Positions 1 to 10,031 of a stretch of 43,456 nucleotides of DNA are shown piece by piece. Position 1 is the stretch's first letter. The number at the start of each line of letters is the position of its first letter. The DNA comes from an uncultured archaeon (GTDB taxonomy: Archaea; Nanohalarchaeota; Nanosalinia; Nanosalinales; Nanosalinaceae), in contig CAYQYU010000009.1 of assembly GCA_964421955.1 (NCBI GenBank), positions 1 through 43,456 of the forward strand, read 5' to 3'. Under the pieces are notes generated by a model. It was given only the letters and a program-made list of their open reading frames with translations. It did no database searches and was not told the origin of the DNA. The position numbers were made by a program, and so were the translations under genes.

Positions 1-29
1 TTTTATCTGCATGCCACTGGACAAAGGCG

Positions 30-662
30 TTAATCTTGACTTGACATAGATTTGACCTTCTTCATCCGGAAAGTTTCTTCCCTCTCCGATTCTTCAAGTG
101 ACTGTGATATAATGTCAAGCGCCTCTTTCATCTCCGGAATGACCTTGTGTTCCAGCGCGTTCACCCTGCGTTTTGTTTTCTCAATCTCGTTGAGAAGCTT
201 CAGGAGCTTTGTCTGGGTCTCCGCGGCATCAATTACTGATTCAAGCAGCTCTTCGTACTTGTCGGCGGCGGAATCAATCCTTGACGTGGAAGAGGTGATT
301 CCGTATTCCCGGTCGAGAATGTGGGTCTGGATCTGCTTCTCAGGCTCGATTTCAGGAACTACCACTCCCATAATGTTCTGGGTCTCGCTGGTGATCTCCG
401 GCTCTTCAGCGACGGCGAGAGAATTCGCACGGATAGTGTCTCCACCATCGTAGATCTTCGCAAGAAGCAGCTTCAGACGGGCCTCGGAGTAGACATCTTT
501 CAGTCTCTCGTCCATCTCTTTCGCCTCATCGACAATCTCCATGAACTCATGGATCAGGCCGTCCCGTTTCTTCTCCAGGATATCGTGACCGTTCTCGGCT
601 AGATCGATCCTTTCTTTCAGCCGGAGTTCCTCGCTCCTTGTGGGTTTAACGTCCTGCGTCAT
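30..662 (-). CDS. atpD: A-type ATP synthase subunit D
   Basis: VKPTRSEELRLK N-terminus, LEKKRDGL, and EIEKTKRRVNALEH motif; last gene of the ATP synthase operon. Confidence 0.97.
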   Translation of the reverse strand: MTQDVKPTRSEELRLKERIDLAENGHDILEKKRDGLIHEFMEIVDEAKEMDERLKDVYSEARLKLLLAKIYDGGDTIRANSLAVAEEPEITSETQNIMGVVVPEIEPEKQIQTHILDREYGITSSTSRIDSAADKYEELLESVIDAAETQTKLLKLLNEIEKTKRRVNALEHKVIPEMKEALDIISQSLEESEREETFRMKKVKSMSSQD

Positions 663-679
663 CTTTCATCACCTCTACC

Positions 680-2059
680 TTACTCCTCACCAGTCTCCAG
701 GTACTTCTGTCTTAGCTCAGGGTCGATCCTGATTAGTTCGTCCTCGGGCAGGATCGAAAGTAGTTCCCAGGCGATGGAAAGTGAGTCCTCTATCGACCGG
801 TTCTTCCTGTAGCCCTGCTGGATGAACTCCTGCTCGAACTGCCGAGTGAACTCGAGCACCTTCTCATCCTTGTCACTGAGCGCGTCCTCACCGACAATCG
901 CGACAAGGTCACGGAGAGATTCTCCTTCAGCGTAAAGCGCGTAGAGCTGGTCAGACACGTCGGGGTGATCCTCTCTTGTGAATCCTTCGCCGATTCCGTT
1001 GTCCATCAGGCGGGACAGGGAAGGCAATGGGTTGATCGGGGGTTGCATTCCCCGGTTCATCAGGTCCCGGTCAAGGGTGATCTGGCCCTCGGTAATGTAT
1101 CCGGTCAGGTCAGGAATCGGGTGTGTAATGTCGTCGTTAGGCATCGTCAGGATCGGGATCTGTGTGACTGATCCTTCACGGCCCTCGATAATTCCTGCAC
1201 GCTCGAAGATATTCGCGAGGTCAGTGTACATGTATCCAGGGTATCCACGTCTTCCCGGAACCTCCTCTCTTGCGGCTGATACCTCTCTAAGAGCGTTCGA
1301 GTAGTTTGTCATGTCTGTCAGGATAACCAGTACCTCGTACCCTTCATCATAAGCCAGGTACTCCGCAGTTGTCAGCGCGAGACGTGGGGTAATAATTCGT
1401 TCAGGCGCCGGATCGCTTGCCTTGTTCAGGAACACGACTGAGCGTTCGAGCGCTCCTGTCTCGCGGAACTCCTCGATGAACTCCTGGGATTCTTCCTCGG
1501 TAATTCCCATGCCTGCGAAGACTACAGCGAACTCCTCGTCCTCTCCCTGAACATCTGCCTGGCGGGCGATCTGCATCGCCAGCTCGTTGTGCGGCAGTCC
1601 GGCACCGGAGAAGATCGGTAGCTTCTGTCCCCGCACTAGAGTGTTCATGACGTCGATAGTGGAAACTCCGGTCTGGATGAAGTCCTCCGGCAGCTCACGG
1701 GAACTCGGGTTGATCGCCTCACCAACGATATCCCTCTCTTCCTCCGGAATGATTTCAGGACCCGAGTCGATCGGGTCGCCGGTTCCGTCAAGGATTCTGC
1801 CGAGCAGATCCTCTGTCACCGGCATCTTGACGTTCTGGTCGAGGAAGCGTACCCGGGCGTCCTGCCCGATTCCCTGTGTCTCTTCATACACCTGGACGAC
1901 TACAACGTCCTTCGAGGTCTCGAGGACCTCTCCTTTCTTAACTTCTCCCGAGGGTGTTTCAATCTCTACGATGTCTCCGTAAGCAATTTCTTCGGTTTTT
2001 TCTACAAATACTAGTGGTCCTTTGACCTGGTTTATCGTCTGGTACTCTTGTTGTGTCAT
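680..2059 (-). CDS. atpB: A-type ATP synthase subunit B
   Basis: [48 protein letters not shown] and PSLSRLM motifs. Confidence 0.98.
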   Translation of the reverse strand: MTQQEYQTINQVKGPLVFVEKTEEIAYGDIVEIETPSGEVKKGEVLETSKDVVVVQVYEETQGIGQDARVRFLDQNVKMPVTEDLLGRILDGTGDPIDSGPEIIPEEERDIVGEAINPSSRELPEDFIQTGVSTIDVMNTLVRGQKLPIFSGAGLPHNELAMQIARQADVQGEDEEFAVVFAGMGITEEESQEFIEEFRETGALERSVVFLNKASDPAPERIITPRLALTTAEYLAYDEGYEVLVILTDMTNYSNALREVSAAREEVPGRRGYPGYMYTDLANIFERAGIIEGREGSVTQIPILTMPNDDITHPIPDLTGYITEGQITLDRDLMNRGMQPPINPLPSLSRLMDNGIGEGFTREDHPDVSDQLYALYAEGESLRDLVAIVGEDALSDKDEKVLEFTRQFEQEFIQQGYRKNRSIEDSLSIAWELLSILPEDELIRIDPELRQKYLETGEE

Positions 2060-2063
2060 AGTA

Positions 2064-2618
2064 TCAGTTTACACCTTCCAAGTAGGGTCCATTCCTGAGT
2101 TGTTCAAACGCTTCTATCGCTCTCAGTTTTGCCATTACATCATAGATATGACCGTTTCCCAGCGCCACCTCTGTTGATATCCTGCTTGCCTGTACTGCGG
2201 CAGCCTCCATATCAAAAGCGGAACTCAGGTAGCGTTCAGCCGTCTGCTCAAGTTCCTCTTTGGCTTCCGTGTAAACCGGGGTTCCCCGGTCGTGCCTGTT
2301 TGCTGCCTGGTAGAATTCAAGTGCACGCTGTGCAACGTCCTGGATGCCTTCACTCCTAAACTCGTCGCAGAGAGTTTCGATTACATCAATTTTCTGCTTG
2401 GCCTCCTCCATATCGCCGATCACAGTATCAGTCACTATCTCTCCTGCCTGCCTCTCGGCTTTTTGTTCATCTAGACCCGCCTTTTCAACGAGGTAATCAA
2501 CTAGTCGGTCTTCTAGCTCGCGTTCTTGTTCCCAGGCAGCCCTACTGTAGCCGAATTCCTGTCTTGCATTCAAAGTCTGTTCTACTGTCTCCTTTAGTCC
2601 GGCTGTTTCGACACTCAT
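2064..2618 (-). CDS. Hypothetical acidic helical protein with internal duplication, inserted between atpA and atpB
   Basis: 184-aa ORF filling the atpA-atpB gap; ATGA overlap with the atpA stop, ends 4 nt before atpB; no recognisable family. Confidence 0.8.
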   Translation of the reverse strand: MSVETAGLKETVEQTLNARQEFGYSRAAWEQERELEDRLVDYLVEKAGLDEQKAERQAGEIVTDTVIGDMEEAKQKIDVIETLCDEFRSEGIQDVAQRALEFYQAANRHDRGTPVYTEAKEELEQTAERYLSSAFDMEAAAVQASRISTEVALGNGHIYDVMAKLRAIEAFEQLRNGPYLEGVN

Positions 2619-4375
2619 TCCTCAACCACCTCTTCAAGCTCTTGCTGCATCTGGTCCCGGATCTCCTGTTCGACCTGCTCGTAATCCTCTGTAAACTTGA
2701 GCTCGGAGATGCGGTTGCGGGAGTCTACAGAGATAATTTCCTCGACAAGTGCGCCTTCATCAAGCGCCTCGCGGGCTTCCTCACCCCAGTCCAGGATCAG
2801 GTCGAGGATCGTGTATGTCTTCACCGGCGAGCAGTACTGGTCGATGTCGTGGAAAGCGTTCTGCTGGAGAAAGAACTGCTTGACCATCGTCGCGATCTCC
2901 AGAGTCAGTCTTTCCCGGTCAGGAAGTGCGTCCTTTCCGACCAGCTGGACCGTCTCCTGGAGATCGGAGTCCTTCTGTAGCAGGTCCTTCATCTCCTGGA
3001 TGCGTTCACTCCACTCGCCTTCAACCTGTTCCTCGAAGTGGTCGGCAAGCATGTCCCCGTAGCCGGAGTAGGAGTCATCCCAGTTGATCGCGGGAAAGTG
3101 TCTCTTCTCCGCGAGGTCCTTGTCAAGCGCCCAGAAGTTTTTCACAACACGGAGAGTGTTCTGGGTTACCGGCTCCGAGAAGTCTCCTCCCGGGGGACTG
3201 ACTGCTCCAATGATGGAGACGCTTCCGGGATCATCAGTTCCAAGAGGTTCGACTCTTCCCGCTCTCTCGTAGAACTCCGCGAGCTTTGATGCCAGGTAAG
3301 CAGGATAACCTCTCTCTCCCGGCATCTCTTCCAGCCGGGCGGAAATCTCTCGCATCGCCTCAGCCCACCGGGAAGTCGAGTCTGCCATTAGCGCGACGTC
3401 GAGTCCCATGTCGCGGAAGTACTCCGCGATGGTGATGCCTGTGTAGATCGATGCTTCACGGGCTGCGACAGGCATGTTTGACGTGTTCGCAATTAATACT
3501 GTTCTGTTAATGATCTTGTCTCCAGTTTGAGGGTCTTCTAGCTCCGGGAACTCTTCGAGTACCTCGGTCATCTCGTTTCCACGTTCCCCGCATCCGATGT
3601 AGACGATGATGTCCGCATCGGAAAACTTTGCGAGCGACTGCTGCGTAACCGTCTTTCCTGTCCCGAATCCTCCGGGAACTGCCGCGGTTCCTCCTTTCGC
3701 GATCGGGAACAGACCGTCGAGGACCCGCTGTCCTGTTACCAGAGGCACTTCAGGCCGCAGGTCTTCTTCCGCAGGTCTTTCCTGCCTGATCGGCCATTCC
3801 TGTCTCATCGAGACTCCCTGGTCTGCTACCCGGGCGACAGTCTCTTCAACACTGTACTCTCCTTCATGGATTTCTTCAACCGTTCCTCCATCGTAGTGAG
3901 GTGGCAGCATTACTTTGTGCGTTCCGTATGAGACATCTACCTCTCCCAGGACATCGCCAGGTTCAACCTCTTCTCCTTCACCCACCTGGGGCGAGAAGTA
4001 GTAGGCGGTGTCCGGATCGATTCCTGGAGCGTCTTCCCCTCTCTCGATGAAGTCCCCGGTTTTCTCCTGGAGAATTTCGAGCGGTCGCTGCAGTCCGTCG
4101 TAGATCGATCCGAGTAGTCCCGGTCCAAGTTCTACGGATAGCGGTTGCTCGGTGTTCTCCACCGGTTCACCTGGCTTCACACCAGTTGTATCCTCGTAGA
4201 CCTGTATGTATGCTTTTTCTCCTTCGATCTGGATGACCTCTCCCATCAGTCCTTCGTCGCCCACGTGGACAACGTCGTTCATCTGGGGGTCCATACCGGT
4301 CGCCACAACGACCGGCCCTGTTACCTTGTAGATTTCGCCGTCAGCATTCTGCTGAACTGTAGATTGTTCTGCCAT
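2615..4375 (-). CDS. atpA: A-type ATP synthase catalytic subunit A
   Basis: P-loop [30 protein letters not shown] and [16 protein letters not shown]; no intein. Confidence 0.98.
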   Translation of the reverse strand: MAEQSTVQQNADGEIYKVTGPVVVATGMDPQMNDVVHVGDEGLMGEVIQIEGEKAYIQVYEDTTGVKPGEPVENTEQPLSVELGPGLLGSIYDGLQRPLEILQEKTGDFIERGEDAPGIDPDTAYYFSPQVGEGEEVEPGDVLGEVDVSYGTHKVMLPPHYDGGTVEEIHEGEYSVEETVARVADQGVSMRQEWPIRQERPAEEDLRPEVPLVTGQRVLDGLFPIAKGGTAAVPGGFGTGKTVTQQSLAKFSDADIIVYIGCGERGNEMTEVLEEFPELEDPQTGDKIINRTVLIANTSNMPVAAREASIYTGITIAEYFRDMGLDVALMADSTSRWAEAMREISARLEEMPGERGYPAYLASKLAEFYERAGRVEPLGTDDPGSVSIIGAVSPPGGDFSEPVTQNTLRVVKNFWALDKDLAEKRHFPAINWDDSYSGYGDMLADHFEEQVEGEWSERIQEMKDLLQKDSDLQETVQLVGKDALPDRERLTLEIATMVKQFFLQQNAFHDIDQYCSPVKTYTILDLILDWGEEAREALDEGALVEEIISVDSRNRISELKFTEDYEQVEQEIRDQMQQELEEVVEE

Positions 4376-4404
4376 TTTATTTTGTCACCTTGACTAGTAT
4401 GATG

Positions 4405-4716
4405 TTAGGTTATATCTGCGCCAATTACCTTCCTGATTTTCTCGTTGATCTGTCCTGTTGTACCGGTCTCCGATAGTGGAACCACGACAGGATCGACCGA
4501 TTCCTCGACCATCTTCTTGATCCTCTCCGGGAGTTCTTCCAGATCTTCTTGCTCCGCAATCACGATTCCGAGGTCGTCCCGTTCAACCAGTTCCTGGATC
4601 TTCTCCCGGTAGTTTTCGGTGTTGAATATCTTCCTGACTCCTGCAAGTTTGAACCCCGTTGTGAAATCGCTGTCACCAATTACTGCGATTTTCTTCCTGG
4701 ATTCATGGTCGACCAT
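4405..4716 (-). CDS. atpF: A-type ATP synthase subunit F
   Basis: KIAVIGDSDFTTGFKLAGV N-terminal signature, IRKVIGADI C-terminus; operon position. Confidence 0.95.
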   Translation of the reverse strand: MVDHESRKKIAVIGDSDFTTGFKLAGVRKIFNTENYREKIQELVERDDLGIVIAEQEDLEELPERIKKMVEESVDPVVVPLSETGTTGQINEKIRKVIGADIT

Positions 4717-4723
4717 TTTACTT

Positions 4724-4766
4724 GAAAACCTCCGGTTTTCTGCTATTCCGAAAATCTGTGATTTTC
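4724..4766. repeat. Twin-hairpin element, copy in the atpC-atpF spacer
   Basis: GAAAACC-TCC-GGTTTTC, 9-nt spacer TGCTATTCC, GAAAATC-TGT-GATTTTC: two perfect 7-bp stems; on the sense strand the second hairpin contains GGAGGT just upstream of the atpF ATG. Confidence 0.8.
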
Positions 4767-4767
4767 A

Positions 4768-5748
4768 TCATGCCACCACCAGGTTTCTCCTGATTGTTTC
4801 CCTGTTTTGGATTCCTGTCTGCTTTGCCCTGATCAACATCCTGAGGTTCTTGACCTCGATTATCTTTGCAACGATGTATCCAAGTATCGATGTTACTCCA
4901 AGAGGTTCGGTGTGGAGCATCTTCAGCGCGTCCTTTAGACGCTGTGCCTCGAGTTCATGTTCAATATCCTCCAGCCTTTCGGCCTGGATGCCTCTATTTT
5001 CTCTGACGGTTCCAAGCGCTTCATCGATATCTCTCGATTCAAGCACTTTTTCGACAAGCGAGGATCCGTTCTTCGCGAGAAGGTAAGGCTCGATCTCGTC
5101 GCGCGAGAACCCGTACTTCTTCAGTCTCAGTGCTGTCCTCAAGTTCTCGTACTCCAGTTCTTCCCTTATGAACCTGCGGAACTGCGAGCTTCCAACCTCT
5201 GAGGCGAGCAGTTCAAGTTCCTCAAAGTAGGCCTTGTCCAGTGCTCTTTCTATCTCCGACAGTTTTTCCTTTCCTTCTAGATGGCCTCGGTAGTCTACCT
5301 CCGATCCCGGGAACTTTATCGATGCCAGTACCTCCTCAAAGTCTTTTTCCGCAAGTTCCTGGAGCGTTTCCGGATTGTACCTTCCAACGGGGATCATCAG
5401 GTCCTCGATATCTATATCTTCTCCTCCCCGCTTCCACCTCAGAAGTCTTTTCAGGCTCTGTATATCGTATCTTCTCAGGTAGGCGTCCATCACTTCCTGG
5501 AGGTTGTCTGGAGATGTCTCTCTCAGGTGTGAGAGCGTCCGGGAAAGATTGCGGTTGAGCGCGAGTTCCACTAGCTCTACCCCGTCGTACCGCGCCCCGA
5601 GTTCGTTGATATCGTCGCGGTAGTCTCCTTCCTCGAGGTTTCTTGCGATCTCGTTCGGCTGCATCTTCAGCAGCGACTCGTAGTCGCCTGAGTCGAGGAG
5701 TTTGGCCCGTTTCGCGCTGACACGGGCGTACATGTAGGGGTAGCCCAT
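4768..5748 (-). CDS. atpC: A-type ATP synthase subunit C
   Basis: YPYMYARVSAKRAKLL N-terminus and EVKNLRMLIRAK C-terminus; ATG at 5748 preferred over GTG at 5757. Confidence 0.94.
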   Translation of the reverse strand: MGYPYMYARVSAKRAKLLDSGDYESLLKMQPNEIARNLEEGDYRDDINELGARYDGVELVELALNRNLSRTLSHLRETSPDNLQEVMDAYLRRYDIQSLKRLLRWKRGGEDIDIEDLMIPVGRYNPETLQELAEKDFEEVLASIKFPGSEVDYRGHLEGKEKLSEIERALDKAYFEELELLASEVGSSQFRRFIREELEYENLRTALRLKKYGFSRDEIEPYLLAKNGSSLVEKVLESRDIDEALGTVRENRGIQAERLEDIEHELEAQRLKDALKMLHTEPLGVTSILGYIVAKIIEVKNLRMLIRAKQTGIQNRETIRRNLVVA

Positions 5749-5753
5749 CTTGA

Positions 5754-6296
5754 TCACTCGAAAAGTATCTCCGCAATCTGTTTGCGATAACGTTCCCTGT
5801 AGTTTTCCACGATTTTGTCAAAGCTGAAGTTCTGTCTCCGTTCGCCGTCCTCCGATACCAGAATTACTCCCTCAACCTCTGATTCCTTGAAGTCAAGTCC
5901 CTGGTTCTCGACAGCATCTCCGAATTCGCCAGACGCCTTTACAGTCCCGACTTCGAAGCCGGCCCGGTCGAGACAGCTCTCGATGAATTCTTCTCTTTCG
6001 TCCTCTCCAATTTTCTGGAGCCGGTTGCGGAAATTTTCAAATGCCTCGTCAAGCTTCTCCTGTTTCCTGTTCAGCCGGATCTGGCGAGCCTCCATCCTTG
6101 CATTCGAAAGTTCCTTCTTCCGGGTGGATTCTTTCTCCTCTTCGATCTCTCTTTCAGCGCTCTCCATAATCTGCTCTGCCTCCTTTTCGGCCTCGGAGAT
6201 TATTCGATCTGCCTCTTCCTCTGCTTCTTCTACAATCTCGTTCGCTTTTTCTTCAGCTTCTTCGAGTATTTCGTCCTGTACCTGTTCGAGTCCCAT
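5754..6296 (-). CDS. atpE: A-type ATP synthase subunit E
   Basis: MGLEQVQDEILEEA start, long coiled coil, GVILVSEDG...NFSFD globular C-terminus, ending ILFE. Confidence 0.93.
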   Translation of the reverse strand: MGLEQVQDEILEEAEEKANEIVEEAEEEADRIISEAEKEAEQIMESAEREIEEEKESTRKKELSNARMEARQIRLNRKQEKLDEAFENFRNRLQKIGEDEREEFIESCLDRAGFEVGTVKASGEFGDAVENQGLDFKESEVEGVILVSEDGERRQNFSFDKIVENYRERYRKQIAEILFE

Positions 6297-6332
6297 TTTG
6301 TATCACTTTTTGGTCTGAAAATGTGGGTTGGA

Positions 6333-6351
6333 CGGGCCCTTGACGGGCCCG
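6333..6351 (-). promoter_or_regulatory. GC-rich stem-loop in the atpK-atpE spacer
   Basis: CGGGCCC-N5-GGGCCCG perfect 7-bp stem about 11 nt after the atpK stop. Confidence 0.6.
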
Positions 6352-6362
6352 CTTCGGTTTTT

Positions 6363-6581
6363 CTATATGAATCCTGTCGCAATCAGCGCAACGACCAGAC
6401 CGAAAATTACGGCGGTCTCCGGGATAACTGTAAGGATTAGTGCCTGTCCGAAGAGCGAATCGTCTTCAGCCAGTGCACCGACTCCTGCCGCACCGATCTT
6501 TGCCTGAGCGTAACCGGTTGCGATCGCCGATAGACCGACCGCCAGTCCTGCACCAATTGCGGCCATTCCTTCTACTGCCAT
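6363..6581 (-). CDS. atpK: A-type ATP synthase proteolipid subunit K (c), single hairpin
   Basis: 72-aa hydrophobic hairpin with GxxxG repeats and ion-binding PET glutamate (IPETAVIFG); SD GAGGTGA upstream. Confidence 0.96.
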   Translation of the reverse strand: MAVEGMAAIGAGLAVGLSAIATGYAQAKIGAAGVGALAEDDSLFGQALILTVIPETAVIFGLVVALIATGFI

Positions 6582-6609
6582 TTGTGGATTTTCACCTCAA
6601 GTATCATTT

Positions 6610-8433
6610 TTATCTCATTCTCTGCCCAAAGGGCGAGTATTTTCTGCCTCCTCCCTGGAAAAACTTGGTGAAAAGCTCCACGTAGTGAAGCCGGATTCCC
6701 TGGAGGAAGCCTTCCATGATTTTGATGAATGTGTTGAAAGTATGTCCAATCATTAAAACAGATACGCCTCCGATAATTCCCGCGACAGATTCCATCGCGA
6801 AAAGTGGTTCGGCCATCGCATTCACTACCGCCGCAAGTGCGACTGCAGCGACCGCGACGCCGAATATCCGGAGGTAGGATAATATGTTTGAAAGCAGCGA
6901 CGGAATTTCCACCACCCCTTCTATACCCTCACCGAGGTATAGCATAACTATAGCGACTGCGAGCACCGGTACTCCAAATGAAGCACCGTAGAGATACCAG
7001 AACAGTGCCCCGATCTCGAGCATGATCCAGCTCCCCTTTTCGAGGAAAGCCTCCTTCAGACCGTGGTTGCTGTACTCGTTGTACGCGCCAAGTAAATAGC
7101 CGGCGTTGACGTGGAAAATTCCAAACAGGGCTGCGATCTGGAAAACAGCTCCCAGGTGCTCGGCCCTGTGGAAAAGGATCGGTATCTGCTCGAAAAAGTG
7201 TATGCCTGTAACCGCGGCAAGCTCCGAATGGTGGCCGAAAATCACGAAACCAAATGCGTCTCCGAACGCAAGCCCGAATATTATGGTCGCGACTGAAGCA
7301 TACATAAGCGACTTGAATATGTCTTTTGCGGCGGGGAACATCCTGTAGGCCGCGTAGAAAACAATCAGTGTAGTAATCCCGTACCCCGCGTCTCCGATCA
7401 TGAACCCGAACAGTAACGGGAACGTCAGCAGAAGCATAAATGAAGGGTCAAGTTCACTGTATTTTGGAACCGCGACCAGGTCAGTCAGTGACTCAAACGG
7501 TTTGACCGCACGGTTGTTCTCGTGCTTAACAGGAGGGTTCTCGCCTTCCTCTCTCTCAACATGTATTTTTCCACCAGTTCGTCTTTCCAGCTCCTCCTCC
7601 ATCTCGTCAAGCCGTGCGGACGGAACCCATCCTTCCGCGATGAAAGTTCTCTTTGTGGTTGCAAACTCGATTGGGGCCTCTGACTTCTCCACTTTCTCTG
7701 TAAGAAACTCCTCTGCTTCTTCAAGAGTTCCGCGCCACTCCTCCGCGACTTCCTCGAACTCAGTATTAATATCTTCAAGCTCGTCTTCAAGTTCCTCTCG
7801 CTTCCCCGAAGCAGCCTCAACTATATCTTCCGCCGTACCCGAAAACTCGGTCTCAACCCGGTTAAACTCGGACTTCTTTGTATCTCTCAACGCTCTCTCC
7901 ACTTCATCCGATTCGTCTTCGCGGTAGAAGACGACTTCAGCGGATCTGCCCTCGAAAACCTCAAAGCTTGAGACCGGAACCTGCTCCCGGAAATTTTCAA
8001 CATCTATCTCGCCTATGAAAACTTCCAGACTTCTCGTTCCCTTCAGATCGTCCACAGTTAGATCCGTTCCCATGAGCCTACGGAAAAACTCCTCCTGATC
8101 CTCAAGGCGGGAAAGACTTTCAGAAATCTCTGTCTTGCGTTCTTCCAGCCTCTCTACATTTGCGGCAACTCTCTCTAGAGTTCCTTCAAGACTATCGAGC
8201 GAGAACTCTGACCGCTGTACATCAACTTCGGGAATCTTCGAGAGGAGAGAGCGTACATCAACAAGCATCTCGGAAAGTTCTTCGGCCTCTTCAAAAGGTT
8301 CTCCTGTCTCAAGCTCACCTTCGTAGCTATCTATATCGATAAGCTGGAGATCATACAGCGTATCTATTACTTCCTGGAGGTGCTTCTTCGGTCCGGTTAC
8401 CGATACCTTTGTCATTTTAGCAGGTTTTACCAT
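6610..8433 (-). CDS. atpI: A-type ATP synthase subunit I (a)
   Basis: PKYSELDP, FGFMIGDAGYG, essential-Arg motif NILSYLRI, IRLHYVELFTKF; ATG at 8433 preferred. Confidence 0.96.
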   Translation of the reverse strand: MVKPAKMTKVSVTGPKKHLQEVIDTLYDLQLIDIDSYEGELETGEPFEEAEELSEMLVDVRSLLSKIPEVDVQRSEFSLDSLEGTLERVAANVERLEERKTEISESLSRLEDQEEFFRRLMGTDLTVDDLKGTRSLEVFIGEIDVENFREQVPVSSFEVFEGRSAEVVFYREDESDEVERALRDTKKSEFNRVETEFSGTAEDIVEAASGKREELEDELEDINTEFEEVAEEWRGTLEEAEEFLTEKVEKSEAPIEFATTKRTFIAEGWVPSARLDEMEEELERRTGGKIHVEREEGENPPVKHENNRAVKPFESLTDLVAVPKYSELDPSFMLLLTFPLLFGFMIGDAGYGITTLIVFYAAYRMFPAAKDIFKSLMYASVATIIFGLAFGDAFGFVIFGHHSELAAVTGIHFFEQIPILFHRAEHLGAVFQIAALFGIFHVNAGYLLGAYNEYSNHGLKEAFLEKGSWIMLEIGALFWYLYGASFGVPVLAVAIVMLYLGEGIEGVVEIPSLLSNILSYLRIFGVAVAAVALAAVVNAMAEPLFAMESVAGIIGGVSVLMIGHTFNTFIKIMEGFLQGIRLHYVELFTKFFQGGGRKYSPFGQRMR

Positions 8434-8448
8434 GTGAAATATCACTCT

Positions 8449-8766
8449 CTAGAGGAACTCTTCCGTAAATTTCTCCATTAGAAATTCTCCGGCCTCTTCC
8501 ATGTTTCCGGAGGCCGAGTTTCCAAGCTCTTCTGCACTTCTTTTTCCCTCTTCCATTATCTCTTTTCTCTCTTCCTCAACTTTTACCTGAAAATTCTCTA
8601 TCTCTTTTTGCCTCAACTGATCCGCTTCCTTCTTCGCATCGGATACAATTTGCTCTGCTTCGTCTCTTGCTTCTTCGAGAATTTCTTCACTTTTTTCTTC
8701 TGCTTCCTCGACAATAGAGTCGGCATCCTTTTCCGCTTTCTTTACCTCACTAACAACGCTAGACAT
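8449..8766 (-). CDS. atpH: A-type ATP synthase subunit H (G)
   Basis: 105-aa acidic coiled coil starting MSSVVSEVKKAEKDAD; first gene of the operon; the ORF-track extension to 8955 overlaps trm1 and is not credible. Confidence 0.88.
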   Translation of the reverse strand: MSSVVSEVKKAEKDADSIVEEAEEKSEEILEEARDEAEQIVSDAKKEADQLRQKEIENFQVKVEEERKEIMEEGKRSAEELGNSASGNMEEAGEFLMEKFTEEFL

Positions 8767-8799
8767 GGAGAATCTCCAGACTAGAGTAAATTTAGGCAA

Positions 8800-8880
8800 G
8801 TTTATAAACCCATTCCAGCGGCTCTCTCTGGTTCGCCCTAATAAAAGTTGTGGCCTACCACACAGGAACCGGTTTAAAAA
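8800..8880. promoter_or_regulatory. Divergent archaeal promoters (atp operon / trm1)
   Basis: Palindromic GTTTATAAAC at 8800-8809 upstream of atpH; TTTAAAAA at 8873-8880, about 22 nt before the trm1 ATG (leaderless geometry). Confidence 0.6.
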
Positions 8881-8902
8881 TATTTTGTAGACGACCAGAG
8901 TT

Positions 8903-9991
8903 ATGGAAGAGCGAAAATACCGCGTCTTTGTCCCGGAAGAAGATGAACCTGACAAGAGCTCCGAAGTATTTTACAACGAAGAGATGCTTACCAACCGGGA
9001 CATATCAACGAAAGCCGCAGAGATTTTCCTGGCTGATAAAGAGATCGAGAATCCCAGGATATGCGACGCACTTTCCGCATCGGGGATCCGGGGCTTCCGG
9101 TACTCGCCGCTCGGGAAAGTCTACCTCAACGATACAAATCCCGGGGCAATCGAAAGTATCGAACGCGGCCTGGAGGAAAACGGTATCGAGGCCGAGGTAT
9201 CAAACAAGGACGCAAACGTCTTTCTCTCGGAGCACAGGAACTTCTTCCACGTTATCGATGTAGATCCCTTTGGACCTTTCACCCGTTTCCTTGACTCTAC
9301 AGCGAGGGCAGCATCACATTCCAGTTTCGTGGGCCTTACAGCAACGGATAACGCGGCTCCTGCCGGGAGCTACCCCACCGTATGCAGGAGGCGGTACGGC
9401 TCGAAACCGATGAAGAATAGCTTCATGCACGAGACCGCATTGAGGATATACATCAAAACAGTTTTCGAAAACTTCGCCCGGTACGACAAATGCTTCGACC
9501 CCAGGCTATGCTTCCACGAGCGGCATTACTCCAGAGTCATGGGTCGTGTAACAGAGTCAAAACAGCGCACCAACAAGGCGCTGGAGAACATCGGATACCT
9601 TTCTTTCTGTCCCGAATGCCGGTGGAGAAAACTAGAGAGAAAGAAGAGCTGTCCTGAATGTGACAGTGAAACGAACATCGCCGGCCCTCTATGGACTGGA
9701 AAGTTTGCGGATCAGCGCTTCACTGGAGATGTGCTGGACCGGATTCCGGAGAACTGGGAAGACTCACGCAATCTTCTTGAACTGGTCCACGATGAGGCGG
9801 AGATTCTGACGCCTTTCTACGACATACATGAACTCGCATCAAACATGGAAATATCCTCGCCCAAGAGAAAACCCGTTATAGAGGCCATAGAGAACAAAGG
9901 ATATCCGATATCTCGAACCCACTTCTCTTCTACGGGTTTTAGAACAGACGCTCCAATACATGATATCAAGAGAATCATTCAGAGAGTATAG
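8903..9991 (+). CDS. trm1: tRNA (guanine26-N2)-dimethyltransferase
   Basis: VFYNEEMLTNRD, DALSASGIRGFR, DVDPFG, TATD, HETALRI and Zn-finger CPEC...CPEC, AGPLWTG. Confidence 0.95.
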   Translation: MEERKYRVFVPEEDEPDKSSEVFYNEEMLTNRDISTKAAEIFLADKEIENPRICDALSASGIRGFRYSPLGKVYLNDTNPGAIESIERGLEENGIEAEVSNKDANVFLSEHRNFFHVIDVDPFGPFTRFLDSTARAASHSSFVGLTATDNAAPAGSYPTVCRRRYGSKPMKNSFMHETALRIYIKTVFENFARYDKCFDPRLCFHERHYSRVMGRVTESKQRTNKALENIGYLSFCPECRWRKLERKKSCPECDSETNIAGPLWTGKFADQRFTGDVLDRIPENWEDSRNLLELVHDEAEILTPFYDIHELASNMEISSPKRKPVIEAIENKGYPISRTHFSSTGFRTDAPIHDIKRIIQRV

Positions 9992-10031
9992 ACCTTTTTA
10001 AGTCGGTTTAATCTTATAATTGGATAGGTTG

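Noticed and set aside
4740-4775. Hammerhead ribozyme suggested by TGATGA-stem-GGAA on the minus strand
   Set aside because: The core would need CUGAUGA and GAAA with stems I and III; the sequence has AUGAUGA and CGGAA and lacks the flanking stems.
8767-8955. N-terminal extension of atpH
   Set aside because: It runs through the divergent promoter region and into trm1; subunit-H-like sequence starts at 8766.
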